Part shown: positions 16,385 through 26,209 of the stretch, in pieces
Layout: each line of letters opens with the position of its first letter
Numbering within the stretch: the first letter of the stretch is position 1
Origin: a virus
Taxonomy: Duplodnaviria; Caudoviricetes
DNA: 50,782 nt
Reading direction: 5' to 3' (one strand)
IMG/VR virus record: IMGVR_UViG_3300048589_000933
Coordinates: 1-50,782 of that record
Position numbers and translations under genes: made by a program
The notes under the pieces: model-generated
What the model saw: only the letters and a program-made list of their open reading frames with translations
The model's database searches: none
What the model was told of the DNA's origin: nothing

Positions 16385-16948
16385 ATGAGTTCCGGCCAGT
16401 GGATGACCGCGGTCGAGTACGCGGTGCATCGCGGCTGCAGCGACAGCTTCGTGCGTCGCCTGCGTCGCCAAGGCCGGCTGGTCACGTCCGCTGATGGCCG
16501 GCTGATCGACGTGGTGCAGTCGGATGCGTTGCTCGACGAAACGAATGACCCGCTGCGCGGCGGCGATCGCACTGCCGTGGCGGCTGACTCAGCGGCTGTC
16601 GCTGCCGCGATCAACCTCCCCGAGTCGGGCGGCCCAAACATCAAAGAGGCTGTGCGCCGCGAGCGCTTGGCGAAGGCACGCTTGGCCGAGCTCGATCTTG
16701 GCGAGCAGGCCGCCGACCTCACGCGCCGGCGCGAGGTGCACCGGGCCGTGTTCACGCTGGCGCGGCAGGCTATGGAGCGCCTGGGCGCGATGGGCAGCCG
16801 CTTGGGCCGGCGTCTGGCCAGTGAAACAGAGCCCGCCGCCTGCGCCGCGCTCATCGATGAAGAAGTTGCGCAGATCTGCAAAGAAATGCAGCGGCAGGCG
16901 ACCGAGATGGGCGCGACGGGCACGCAGGCCGTGCGGAGCGCCGCCTGA
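16385..16948 (+). CDS. terS: Terminase small subunit
   Basis: N-terminal HTH (EYAVHRGCS..FVRRL...GRL), coiled coil; overlaps the terL start. Confidence 0.8.
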   Translation: MSSGQWMTAVEYAVHRGCSDSFVRRLRRQGRLVTSADGRLIDVVQSDALLDETNDPLRGGDRTAVAADSAAVAAAINLPESGGPNIKEAVRRERLAKARLAELDLGEQAADLTRRREVHRAVFTLARQAMERLGAMGSRLGRRLASETEPAACAALIDEEVAQICKEMQRQATEMGATGTQAVRSAA

Positions 16949-19131
16949 TGTTCGACACGCTCTACGACTACGACGTACCCCTCGCCGATGCTTGCGCGCT
17001 GGTCTGCGAGGCCTGGCTAGCGGCCTGGACGCCGCCTGCGAAGCTCACAGTCAGCGCCTACGCCGACGCCCACCGCATCATCGCCAAAGGCTCGGGCGCC
17101 GAGCCTGGGCCGTGGCGCACGGCTCGCACGCCGTATCTGCGTGAGATTCAGGATTCGCTCTCCGCGCATTGCCCGGTTCGCGAGGTCAGCTTCAAGAAAT
17201 CCGCGCAGATCGGCGCGACAGAAGTCCTCATCAACTGGGGCTGCTACGTCATCGATCACACGCCCGATGCGATGATCGTCGCGCAGCCCGTGAAGGATCT
17301 GGCGCGCAGCTGGGCGAGCGGCAAGTTTGATCCCGCCGTCGCGCTCATGCCGGAGCTCGCCGCCAAGATTACCTCCGACAACACGCTCGAGAAGATGTTT
17401 CCGGGCGGAACGATGTGGGTCATCTGGGCCAACTCGAGCAACCAGCTGCGACAGCGCACCGCGCGCTACATCGCGATGGATGAGGTCAACGAGTACCCCG
17501 ATGACCTCGATGGTCAAGGGTCGGCTGACAAGCAGCTCGAGGCGCGCGCGCTGTCCTACGGCGACCGCGGCAAGATCTACCGCGCCTGCACGCCGACAGT
17601 CGCCGGCAAGAGCAAGATCTCGAAGAGCTATGACGAAGGCGACGCCCGCCACTACCTGGTGCGCTGCCCGCACTGCCGTCAGCATTTTTCCTTCACTGAA
17701 GCGCTGCTGCAGGACAACGGAACCTTCCTCTGCGGTCATCAGGGCTGCGGCGTCGAGATCGGCGAAGAGCACAAAACCGCCATGCTGGTCGAGCGCAGCG
17801 CGTGCGCTGACTGCGGCACAGTGCCGGTGCGCACCATTCACGACGTCGGCCGCAACGGCTCGCTAATCTTTGCCGACGCCTGCGAATGTCGCTACATCAT
17901 CGACCCGCCAGTGCCTGACGGCGCATATCACCAGCCCAGCAACCCCGAGGCCGATCCTCTCCACCGCAGCTACCACGTCTGGGCTGCATACACACCGGAA
18001 GGCCTCGGCCTCACCTGGGCAGAGATCGCCAAGCGTCGCGCCGAAGCCGCCGCCGACCCGACCAAGCAAGCCGGCTACACCAACCTGATTCTGGGTCTCG
18101 ACTTCGAAGGCGAGCGGCAGTCGCAAGACTCGACCGAGGTCGCGACGCTCGCCGAGGCTGGCGTGAACCTCGGAGTGGTGCCTCGGGGTGGCTACATCCT
18201 GACTGCCGGCGTCGACTGCCAGCACGACCGCTTCGAAGTGCAGGTGATCGCCAGCGGCCGTGGCCAGCGCGTTCGCGTTGTCGACTACCAGGTGATTGAC
18301 GGCGACCCGTCATTGCCTACCGGATACGAGCAGCTGGATGCCTACCTCAAGCGCACGTTCCGCAACTGGTGTGGCGTGGACATGCCCATCCTCGCCGTGG
18401 CCATCGACGGTGGTAACTGGACGGAGATGGTCGCGCAGTACGTCAAGCGCGCTGTGAGCTTTTCCGGCAACAGCCGGCTGATCGAAACCAGCCGCGGCTA
18501 TCAGCCTCAGCGCGTCTACCTGGTGCGCGGCCGAAGCGAGAAGAAATCAGACCGCGCCGTTTACCGTCCTGCGAAGACCGAGGTCAACCATCGTGATCGC
18601 ACCATCGCCCGCAGCGTTGGTGTGTGGGGCGTCGGCACCAGCGTGCTCAAGCACATGATCTATGGCTGGCTGTCGTCGGCCATCGTCAAGCGCGAAGAGG
18701 CCAACAAGGCCGGCGAGCCCGAGGATATCGACGCCCGCATGCTGCGTTTCCCTGGCGGGCGCGGCGAGCCACACGATCCGCTGAAGCCAGATCCCGGCGC
18801 GCTGCTGCCCACCTACTACGCTGGCCTCACCTGCGAGTACTTCGACCTCGATGCGCAGCAGTGGATCAAGCCGAAGGGCAAAGCCAACGAGCCACTGGAC
18901 ACGCTGGCCTACGCAATCTGGGCAGCCCTCAGCCCAGCCATCAAGGTCGACGCCATGCGCGAGCCGCAGTGGGAAGCACTGCAGGCCCAGCTTGAGCCCG
19001 CGGAGGATGATCTCTTCGCGTCCCAATCGCTGCGCCCTGCACCAAAAGCGCCTGACGCTTCCCGTGAAACATCTCCCCCGCAACCCTCCACCACAAGCGT
19101 CGCCAGCGACGCCTGGAGCCGCCGGCTGTGA
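16948..19131 (+). CDS. terL: Terminase large subunit, GpA family
   Basis: TPYLREI, KSAQIGATE Walker A, MDEV Walker B, CTPT, CPHC, LTAGVDCQ, NEPLD. Confidence 0.95.
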   Translation: MFDTLYDYDVPLADACALVCEAWLAAWTPPAKLTVSAYADAHRIIAKGSGAEPGPWRTARTPYLREIQDSLSAHCPVREVSFKKSAQIGATEVLINWGCYVIDHTPDAMIVAQPVKDLARSWASGKFDPAVALMPELAAKITSDNTLEKMFPGGTMWVIWANSSNQLRQRTARYIAMDEVNEYPDDLDGQGSADKQLEARALSYGDRGKIYRACTPTVAGKSKISKSYDEGDARHYLVRCPHCRQHFSFTEALLQDNGTFLCGHQGCGVEIGEEHKTAMLVERSACADCGTVPVRTIHDVGRNGSLIFADACECRYIIDPPVPDGAYHQPSNPEADPLHRSYHVWAAYTPEGLGLTWAEIAKRRAEAAADPTKQAGYTNLILGLDFEGERQSQDSTEVATLAEAGVNLGVVPRGGYILTAGVDCQHDRFEVQVIASGRGQRVRVVDYQVIDGDPSLPTGYEQLDAYLKRTFRNWCGVDMPILAVAIDGGNWTEMVAQYVKRAVSFSGNSRLIETSRGYQPQRVYLVRGRSEKKSDRAVYRPAKTEVNHRDRTIARSVGVWGVGTSVLKHMIYGWLSSAIVKREEANKAGEPEDIDARMLRFPGGRGEPHDPLKPDPGALLPTYYAGLTCEYFDLDAQQWIKPKGKANEPLDTLAYAIWAALSPAIKVDAMREPQWEALQAQLEPAEDDLFASQSLRPAPKAPDASRETSPPQPSTTSVASDAWSRRL

Positions 19132-19451
19132 GTCGCAAGGTCGAGCGTTGCCGGGCACGTGTGGGTGAGCTGGTTGATGAACTATCGATCGGTGCAGCGC
19201 TGCGGCTGCGAACGAACAGCGACGACATTCGCCACGTTGTCGCGGCGGTGGTGGCATATCTGATCGAGGAGTATCCGAGTCAGGACCTCTACATTCCCGC
19301 CGGCGCCAGTGAGCCGCAGTATCCCGTGGCAGCGCTTCGGCGCGCACTGCAATCCGGCAAGTCGGTGCGCTCAATCTGTCGCGAATACCGCATCTCGCGA
19401 CGCACGCTTTACGCCGTGCTCGACAGCGAGGATGTGAGCGCCAGCGCATAG
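19128..19451 (+). CDS. Mor-like HTH transcription activator
   Basis: QDLYIP motif and C-terminal HTH SVRSICREYRISRRTLY. Confidence 0.75.
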   Translation: MSRKVERCRARVGELVDELSIGAALRLRTNSDDIRHVVAAVVAYLIEEYPSQDLYIPAGASEPQYPVAALRRALQSGKSVRSICREYRISRRTLYAVLDSEDVSASA

Positions 19452-19457
19452 ACGCGG

Positions 19458-19489
19458 GTGCGTCCCGTTCCCCCGAGACTGGGACGCAC
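19458..19489. promoter_or_regulatory. Inverted repeat GTGCGTCCC-N14-GGGACGCAC upstream of the head genes
   Basis: Perfect 9-bp dyad between the Mor-like gene and the head operon; candidate late-activator site. Confidence 0.45.
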
Positions 19490-19548
19490 TAGCTCAGGAA
19501 TATGCACCTCGCGCCCCCTTTCATGCGGGGTGGAGAGACCTGAGCCAA

Positions 19549-19797
19549 ATGCCCACCGCCGCCGCCACGATGCTGCAATCCTACATGGACGCCGAAACGG
19601 CGCTCCTGAAAGGGCAGTCGATTCGATGGGGTGAGCGCATGCTCACGCGCGCCGATCTGGCCGTGGTGCAGGCAGGCCGCCGCGAGTGGGAGGGAAAGGT
19701 TGCTGCCGAGTCGGCAGCCGCGCAGGGCCGATCATCGCTGTTTGCAGTGGCGGACTTCAGCGGCCGCGGTGGTGACTGCGAGGGCTTCCGGTCGTGA
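19549..19797 (+). CDS. gpW-like head-tail joining protein
   Basis: ML..Y..AE..LL.GQSI....R.LTRADL pattern; sits before the portal. Confidence 0.8.
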   Translation: MPTAAATMLQSYMDAETALLKGQSIRWGERMLTRADLAVVQAGRREWEGKVAAESAAAQGRSSLFAVADFSGRGGDCEGFRS

Positions 19798-22700
19798 ACT
19801 GGGTGGCCCGCGCAATCGACCGCACCGTCGAGACCATCGCGCCCATGCACGGCTTGCGGCGCGCCCAGGCGCGCAACGCCCTCGCGTTGTCCAACAAAGC
19901 GTACGACGCTGCTGATCGCAACCGCTTCCGCGACTCCGTGCGCGACTTCGGCAGCGGCAACAACGCCGTGGTCGGCAGCGGCTTGTACGTGCGCAACATG
20001 GCGCGCCACCTGGACCGCAATCACGACATCGTCAGCGGCGGCCTGCACACCCTGGCGCAAAACATCATCGGCGCCACGGGCATCGGCGTCGAGCCGCAGC
20101 CGCGCAACCGCAACGGCGACGTGCTCGAGGATCTCGCCTTCCAGCTCAGCATGCTCTGGAGCGACTTCTGCAAGCGGCCCGAGGTTACCTGGCAGCACGA
20201 CAACGGCAGCATGGAGCGCCTGTTGTGCCGCACCTGGTTGCGCGATGGCGAAGGCCTCGCGCAGGAGTTGATTGGCCCTGTCCCGCTGCTCGATCACGGT
20301 ACGCGCGTGCCGTACAGCCTGGAGATGATCGAGCCGGACTTGCTGCCGTGGGATTTCACCGAGCCGGGCCGAGGCATCACGCAGGGGGTGCAGCGCAACG
20401 CCTGGGGGCGTCCCGTCGCCTACCACCTGTACAAGCAACACCCCGGCGAGATGCTGGCCCTGCTCGGTGAAACCAAGAGCGTGCCGGCCGAGCGGATGAT
20501 GCACATCAAGCTGGTCGACCGCATCGGCCAGGTGCGTGGTATCAGCCTGCTGGCGTCCGTGCTCACGCGCCTGGACGACCTGAAAGACTACGAAGAAAGC
20601 GAGCGCATCGCCGCGAAGATCGCCGCGTGCTTCGCCGCTTTCATCATCAAGGGCGACGCAACCCATCTGCCGGAAGGCGTGCCCGACAAGGATCGCACTG
20701 CGCGCCTTTCGCCGGGCATGGTGTTTGACACGCTGCGCCCTGGCGAGTCTGTCGGCACTGTCGACACCAATCGCCCCAACCCGAACCTTGAAGGCTGGCG
20801 CAATGGCCAGCTGCGTGCCGGTGCGTCGGGCTTCCGCATCAGCTTCAGTTCGTTCGCGAAGAACTACAACGGCACCTACAGCGCGCAACGGCAAGAGCTG
20901 GTCGAGCAGTACGGCGCCTATGGCGTGCTCAGCCAGGAGTTCATCGGCGCGATCGCGCGCCGTAAGTACGAGCGCTTTGCCGCTGTCGCCCTGGCCACAC
21001 CCGGCCTGCTGCGCATCCCGTCCGACTTCGCGGCCATGAGCATTGGCGACGCGATGTACGTCGCGCCGCAGATGCCGTGGATCAACCCGATGCACGAAGC
21101 CGAGGCCATGGCGCTGCTCGAAGAGCACACCTACATGTCCGGCCCCGAGATCATCCGCCGCCGCGGCGCAAACCCGCGCGACGTGCTCGATCAGCAATCG
21201 GCCTGGATCGAGCGCAAGCGCACCTGGGGCATTCCCAGTGCCACGACCGGGCCAGCCAAGCCACCGGAGAACCCCATGCAAAACACCCCCGGCGCGGCAG
21301 CGCCCGCCGCTGCGCGTCATCGCACCAGCCACCTTGCTGCCGAGGCGTCAACCTCGGGCGCAACTGGCCAGCGCTCGGTGCTGCGCGCCACCGCGCTCGC
21401 CTCTGGCGTCGAGCTGCTGATCTACGGGCCCATTGGCCTGAGCTTCTGGGATGACGGCATCACCGTCGAGTCCATCGCTGCGCAGCTGCGTGCCGCGCCG
21501 GCCGGTGATGTACGCGTGCGCATCAACAGCGACGGCGGCTTTGTCAGCGAGGGCATCGCCATCCACAACGTGCTGCGCGAGTGCGGTCGGCGCGTCGTTG
21601 TCGATATCGAAGGCGTGGCCGCCAGCATCAGCAGCCTGATCGCGATGGCGGGCGATGAGACCCGCATCTACTCCAACGCGTCGATGATGCTGCACACGCC
21701 AAAGGCCGGCCAGTTCGGCTCGCCGGAGGACATGGAAGACGCCGCGCAGTACCTGCGCGTGCAGCGCGAGGCCATGGCGCAGAGCTACGCCCGCAAGACC
21801 GGCCGGCCCGCCGCCGAATTTGTCGCTCTGATGGCTGACGGCCGCGACCACTGGTACACCGCCGGCGAATCCATCACCGAGAAGCTGGCCGACACCCTCA
21901 TCGACGGCACGCCCGCGCAGCTCGAAGCCGACGCTGCGGCCGCTGCCCTTGTCGGCTACATCAACGCGATCAGCAAGGCGCCGGATGCCCCGCGCCTCCA
22001 GCTGCGTTCGCACATCAACTCGGCCGTTTCCGTGGCCGCTTTCGCCTCGCTTTCCGAGGCATACCAACGCTCCGTCCTGGAGCACATAGAGGACCCAGCC
22101 ATGCGTAAGCTTTTGGTTGAAGCAATGGCGGCTGTCGCAGGCGCCCCGCCGAACACCACTCCCGCAGCAGCGCCCGCTGTTGCCACCGCTCCAGCACCTG
22201 CCGTTGCACCAACGCCTGCGCCCGCACCGGCAGCCGTCGCTGTGGCGCCCCAGCCAGCCGCCGTGGCTGCCGATGCGATGGCCCTGGCCACCGCCGCCAT
22301 CGCCCAGCGCAACACCACCATCCGCGGCATCTTTGCCAGCTTCCGCGAAATGACCGGCGTCGCGACGCTCGAGGCCGACGTGCTGGCCGATCCCAGCATC
22401 ACCATCGAGCAGGCGCAGGCGCGCTTGCTGGGCCGCGTTGGCCAGGGTTCGCCGGTGCAGGGCACCGCCGGCCACGTCGAGGCAGGCACTGACGAGCGTG
22501 ACCGTCTGCGCGCAGCCGCATCCAATCTGCTGCTGGCCCGCCACAACATCATCCAGGGCCCCGAGGCCGAAGCCGCGCGCCAGGGCAACCCATTCGGCAG
22601 CATGACGCTGACGGCGATGGCGGAATCGTTCCTGCGCCACCAGCACGTCGACACGCGAGAGATGAACCGCGAGCAGATCGCGGTTCGCGCCCTGGCGCAG

Positions 22701-23591
22701 CAGACCGCCAGCGACTTCGTGGTGGCCCTCGAGAACACGATGCACCGCTCGGTGCAGGCCGGCTACCGGCTCATCCCGTTCACCTGGTCGCGCTTCTGCT
22801 CCGTCGGCATGCTCACCGACTACCGCCCGCACAACCGCTACTCGCTGTCGAGCTTCAGCGATCTGAAGGACGTCAACGAATCCGGCGAGTACGAGGACGG
22901 CTCGCTGGGCGACGCCGAGAAGCAAACCATTCAGGGCAAGCGCAAGGGGCGCATCCTGCAGATCACTCCGGAAGTCGTCGTGAATGACGACCTCGGCTTG
23001 ATCCTGCGTGCAGCTGGCGCCCTCGGCCAGGCCGCGGGTCGCACGATCGAGAAAGACGTGCACGCCCTGTTCGCCTTGAACAGCGGCTTCGGCCCGACGA
23101 TGTCGGACGGCCTCGCGCTGTTCCACGCCAACCACGCGAACCTGGCTGCCACCGCCGGCGCGCCGACCATCGCGATCATCGATGCAATGCGTCAGCAGAT
23201 GGCCAGCCAGATGGACCCGGCCGGTAACGACTACCTGGACATCACCCCTGCGCTGTGGGTGGGCCCAATGGCTCTCGGCAGCACGGCGCGCGAACTGAAC
23301 GCGCAGGAATACAACGACGAAAGCAACAAGAACCAGCGCAAGCCCAATGTTGTGCGTGGTCTCTTCCGCGACGTTGTCGACTCACGCCGGATGGCCGCGC
23401 AGGTCTGGTACACGTTCGCCGATCCGAATGTCGAGCCGGTGTTCGAGGTTGCCTTCCTCGATGGCGTGCAGACGCCGACGCTCGATCAGCAGACCAACTT
23501 CCGCACCGACGGCGTCGCCTGGAAGGTCTCGCATCGCTACGGCGTTGGCGGGGTCGCCTGGCGTGGCGCCGTGCGTAACGCCGGCGGCTGA
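19794..23591 (+). CDS. Lambda-family portal + ClpP-type head protease + major capsid in one 1265-aa ORF (internal starts 21276, 22101)
   Basis: Portal (YDAA, RDGE, GQVRG, YSAQRQ, WINP..E), ClpP (RINSDGG, AASISS, MMLH) and capsid C-terminus (EVAFLDG.QTP, DGV.WKV...YGVG...WRG); no stop between them. Confidence 0.9.
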   Translation: MNWVARAIDRTVETIAPMHGLRRAQARNALALSNKAYDAADRNRFRDSVRDFGSGNNAVVGSGLYVRNMARHLDRNHDIVSGGLHTLAQNIIGATGIGVEPQPRNRNGDVLEDLAFQLSMLWSDFCKRPEVTWQHDNGSMERLLCRTWLRDGEGLAQELIGPVPLLDHGTRVPYSLEMIEPDLLPWDFTEPGRGITQGVQRNAWGRPVAYHLYKQHPGEMLALLGETKSVPAERMMHIKLVDRIGQVRGISLLASVLTRLDDLKDYEESERIAAKIAACFAAFIIKGDATHLPEGVPDKDRTARLSPGMVFDTLRPGESVGTVDTNRPNPNLEGWRNGQLRAGASGFRISFSSFAKNYNGTYSAQRQELVEQYGAYGVLSQEFIGAIARRKYERFAAVALATPGLLRIPSDFAAMSIGDAMYVAPQMPWINPMHEAEAMALLEEHTYMSGPEIIRRRGANPRDVLDQQSAWIERKRTWGIPSATTGPAKPPENPMQNTPGAAAPAAARHRTSHLAAEASTSGATGQRSVLRATALASGVELLIYGPIGLSFWDDGITVESIAAQLRAAPAGDVRVRINSDGGFVSEGIAIHNVLRECGRRVVVDIEGVAASISSLIAMAGDETRIYSNASMMLHTPKAGQFGSPEDMEDAAQYLRVQREAMAQSYARKTGRPAAEFVALMADGRDHWYTAGESITEKLADTLIDGTPAQLEADAAAAALVGYINAISKAPDAPRLQLRSHINSAVSVAAFASLSEAYQRSVLEHIEDPAMRKLLVEAMAAVAGAPPNTTPAAAPAVATAPAPAVAPTPAPAPAAVAVAPQPAAVAADAMALATAAIAQRNTTIRGIFASFREMTGVATLEADVLADPSITIEQAQARLLGRVGQGSPVQGTAGHVEAGTDERDRLRAAASNLLLARHNIIQGPEAEAARQGNPFGSMTLTAMAESFLRHQHVDTREMNREQIAVRALAQQTASDFVVALENTMHRSVQAGYRLIPFTWSRFCSVGMLTDYRPHNRYSLSSFSDLKDVNESGEYEDGSLGDAEKQTIQGKRKGRILQITPEVVVNDDLGLILRAAGALGQAAGRTIEKDVHALFALNSGFGPTMSDGLALFHANHANLAATAGAPTIAIIDAMRQQMASQMDPAGNDYLDITPALWVGPMALGSTARELNAQEYNDESNKNQRKPNVVRGLFRDVVDSRRMAAQVWYTFADPNVEPVFEVAFLDGVQTPTLDQQTNFRTDGVAWKVSHRYGVGGVAWRGAVRNAGG

Positions 23592-23688
23592 TCGCCGGCA
23601 CAGCGCCTCAGCTCACCTGACTGAGTCAAACCCCTAGCCACATCGCCCGGCCCTACATCGGCCGGGCACATTCAAGAGGAAACGTGTC

Positions 23689-24072
23689 ATGGCAAAGAAC
23701 TATGTGTGTCCCGGCGACACCATCCCGTGGGTCAACACCACCGGCGTAGCGGTCGCTTCCGGCCAGCTCGTGCGAGTCGGCCACATGCTGGGCGTGGCGC
23801 TGGTCGCCATTGCCATCGGCGCCACCGGCAGCGTCGCAATCGAGGGCGTGTTCCGCGGCGTGCCGAAGGTCTCCGGCGCAGTCTTCGTTCAGGGCGAGAA
23901 GCTCGTCTTCGACTCGAGCGCCGGCTCCGGCGTGGGCGCATTCGATGACGCCGCAGCCACGCCAGCCACTGGCGACATCACCGGCGGCGCCGTGGCCTGG
24001 GCGGCGGGCACCGATGGCCAGACCACCTGCACGGTGAAGCTCACCCCGGGCAACGCAACGCTCACCGCGTAA
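23689..24072 (+). CDS. DUF2190-family capsid-associated protein
   Basis: MAKNYV.PG, SG..V..G...GVA, GVF..PK, ends VKL; directly after the capsid gene. Confidence 0.85.
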   Translation: MAKNYVCPGDTIPWVNTTGVAVASGQLVRVGHMLGVALVAIAIGATGSVAIEGVFRGVPKVSGAVFVQGEKLVFDSSAGSGVGAFDDAAATPATGDITGGAVAWAAGTDGQTTCTVKLTPGNATLTA

Positions 24073-24104
24073 CCACTCAGGGCGCCGGGCAGCCGCCCGG
24101 CATT

Positions 24105-24138
24105 GCGGTGCCGACCACTCCCCGGCACCGCCTTTTTT
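24105..24138 (+). terminator. Intrinsic terminator after the head genes
   Basis: GCGGTGCCG-N9-CGGCACCGC followed by CTTTTTT. Confidence 0.7.
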
Positions 24139-24160
24139 CATCGTCATCCGCGAGGGCCGC

Positions 24161-24367
24161 ATGCGCAGGATTCCGCCAGTCACGTCAGGGCAAACAGAAA
24201 CCGGCGAAGGCCCGGTGCCGCACCGGCTGATGCGGGTTGCCGGGCACACGTTTCGCGCGCCCGTGGTGCTGCAGGACAGTCACTCGCGCGGCAGCCTGCC
24301 GCGGCCGGTGCGCGTTGACGATCGCCTGGTGTACGCGCTGCCCGGCGGCGGGCGGGTGGTGGGCTGA
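24161..24367 (+). CDS. Hypothetical protein
   Basis: GAGGG RBS; stop overlaps the next ATG. Confidence 0.5.
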   Translation: MRRIPPVTSGQTETGEGPVPHRLMRVAGHTFRAPVVLQDSHSRGSLPRPVRVDDRLVYALPGGGRVVG

Positions 24368-25005
24368 TGGACGCGCAGTCGGCTTACTTCATCGTCTCCA
24401 TCGTCATCACCGTGTTCGGCGCTGTGTACGCGTTTGCGCGTTGGGCGTGGCCGCGCATCAAAGCGGTGACGGAAAAGCTCCGGCCGTACTTTGCGGGCCT
24501 TGCCTCGCTCGACGTGATCTGCGCAGATCTCGCCGCCATCAAGCACGAGCTGCTGCCCAACGGCGGCGGCAGCTTTCGCGATGAGTTTCGTGAGCAGGCC
24601 CGTGAGAACCGGATGCAGGGCGCGATCTTGCGCGCCTCGCTGGACTTCTCCGACGCCGCGATGTTTCAGGCCGACGCCACCGGCGAGTTCCGCTGGGTGA
24701 GCGCTACGCTGCAGGGCTGGGTGGGGCGTTCCTTCTCCCATCTGCTGCGCCGCGGCTGGCTCACCAGCGTGGCCGACGAAGACCGCGAGCGCGTGCGCGC
24801 CGGCTGGGAAGCCGCGCTGCGCGATCAGCGCGAGTACCGCGGTCAGTACACGTTGATCAGCGACACCGGCGAGCGCATCCCCGTTGAGTGCGTCGCGCGC
24901 CCGGTGTGTGACCCGGCCACCGGCGTGCTGCATCGCTACCTGGGCCACATTCGCCGGCGCTCCTCGGCAATCACCAGCGCCTGGCTGCCGGATGACGGCG
25001 CATGA
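24367..25005 (+). CDS. Membrane-anchored PAS-domain protein at the holin position
   Basis: N-terminal TM helix, ELLPNGGGSFRD linker, then PAS pattern (MFQADATGEFRWVS...GWLTSVADEDRERV...W). Confidence 0.8.
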   Translation: MDAQSAYFIVSIVITVFGAVYAFARWAWPRIKAVTEKLRPYFAGLASLDVICADLAAIKHELLPNGGGSFRDEFREQARENRMQGAILRASLDFSDAAMFQADATGEFRWVSATLQGWVGRSFSHLLRRGWLTSVADEDRERVRAGWEAALRDQREYRGQYTLISDTGERIPVECVARPVCDPATGVLHRYLGHIRRRSSAITSAWLPDDGA

Positions 25006-25583
25006 CCACGCCTGCACCTGTCGAAACCACCCCGCCGGCCGGCGCCGGCCGCCTGGGTTTTGTTGGCGCCAGCGCCGCGGCGGTGATGCTGCTGTGGGCT
25101 GCGCTGATCGGCTCCGAGCAGCGCGAGTACGTGCCGTACCTCGATGTGTTCGGGGTGTTGACCGTGTGCGCCGGCATCACCGGCCCGGAAGTGATCGCCG
25201 GCCGCACCTACTCCGACACGGAGTGCGATGCGCTCGAGCACGGCTACATCACACGCATGCTCGCGCGCATGGGTGAGTGCGTGAAGCGCAGCGATCTTGC
25301 GCTGCACCAGGTCATCGCCTGGGGCCACTTCGCCTACAACGTGGGCAATGCCGGCTTCTGCAAATCCACCGCCGCAAGCTACTTGAACAGCAAGCGCGAC
25401 AAGGAAGCCTGCGATCAGATCATGCGTTGGACGTTCGGCACCTCGCGCCGCACTGGCAACCGAATCGACTGCGCTGTGCGTGCCAATCGCTGCTACGGCC
25501 TGTACGACCGGCGCCTGCGCGAGCGCGCCATGTGCAACGGAGACATGGACGCGTTCAAGCCCGGCTGGAGCGCAGCCGCATGA
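25002..25583 (+). CDS. GH24 lysozyme endolysin, probably SAR-type
   Basis: Ala/Gly-rich N-terminal hydrophobic segment; E-X8-D-X5-T triad; FAYNVG...FCKST; GL..RR..E...C. Confidence 0.92.
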   Translation: MTTPAPVETTPPAGAGRLGFVGASAAAVMLLWAALIGSEQREYVPYLDVFGVLTVCAGITGPEVIAGRTYSDTECDALEHGYITRMLARMGECVKRSDLALHQVIAWGHFAYNVGNAGFCKSTAASYLNSKRDKEACDQIMRWTFGTSRRTGNRIDCAVRANRCYGLYDRRLRERAMCNGDMDAFKPGWSAAA

Positions 25584-25795
25584 TCAGCCTGCTGCTCGCC
25601 GCAACCATGGTGGTGGTGATCGATCCACCAGCGCCGAAGTCCTGCGAACTTCCTGGCCTTCGCATCGTGCTGGCGGATGGCAACGTGATCTACGCCTTGT
25701 CAGCTGACTACATGCTGCCGCCTGCGCTTGGCATCGTGATCGTGCCGTTGCCCGACCAGGTGTTCTGCCACGGCTTCGAGCGGCCGGCGCCATGA
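25580..25795 (+). CDS. Small exported protein with C-terminal DQVFCHGFE motif
   Basis: ATGA-coupled on both sides; hydrophobic N-terminus. Confidence 0.65.
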   Translation: MISLLLAATMVVVIDPPAPKSCELPGLRIVLADGNVIYALSADYMLPPALGIVIVPLPDQVFCHGFERPAP

Positions 25796-26208
25796 CCGTC
25801 GTTCAGGCACTGCAGACCTATCTGGTCAAGATCCTGGCCGGCGTCATCGTGCTGCTACTGCTGGCGTGCGTTGGCCTTGGCATCGCGCTCTATGTCACCG
25901 ACCAGCGCGCGGATATTGCCGAGAAGGCCGTCACCGAGTCGGTGAAGAATCACAAGGCCTGCACCGACGCCAACACCGCATGGTCGGGCACCGTCGACTT
26001 CATCCAGGGCGCCCTGCAGAACTGTGTGGCCGATCGCGCCGAAGTCGCCAAGACCGGCCGTGCCGCCGTCGGCCGCGTGCGCAACCAGGTGGCCACGCTA
26101 GAGGCCGAGCTGGCCACCTGGCGCAGCCAGTCCACCGCGGCCGAGTTGCTGCCGCAGTGCCGCGGCGTGCTCGAGCTTGAGCTGTGCCCCGAGCTGGCGG
26201 ACTACTGA
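25792..26208 (+). CDS. i-spanin (Rz-like)
   Basis: N-terminal TM plus periplasmic coiled coil, in the lysis cassette. Confidence 0.7.
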   Translation: MTVVQALQTYLVKILAGVIVLLLLACVGLGIALYVTDQRADIAEKAVTESVKNHKACTDANTAWSGTVDFIQGALQNCVADRAEVAKTGRAAVGRVRNQVATLEAELATWRSQSTAAELLPQCRGVLELELCPELADY

Positions 26209-26209
26209 C

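Noticed and set aside
22130-22290. Ala/Pro low-complexity repeat
   Set aside because: Ordinary linker between the protease and capsid domains.
19581-23135. Long antisense ORFs (19581-21332, 21348-23135; similarly 32971-35076, 37457-39367, 47959-49722)
   Set aside because: Mirror frames of well-supported plus-strand genes in high-GC DNA; no motifs.
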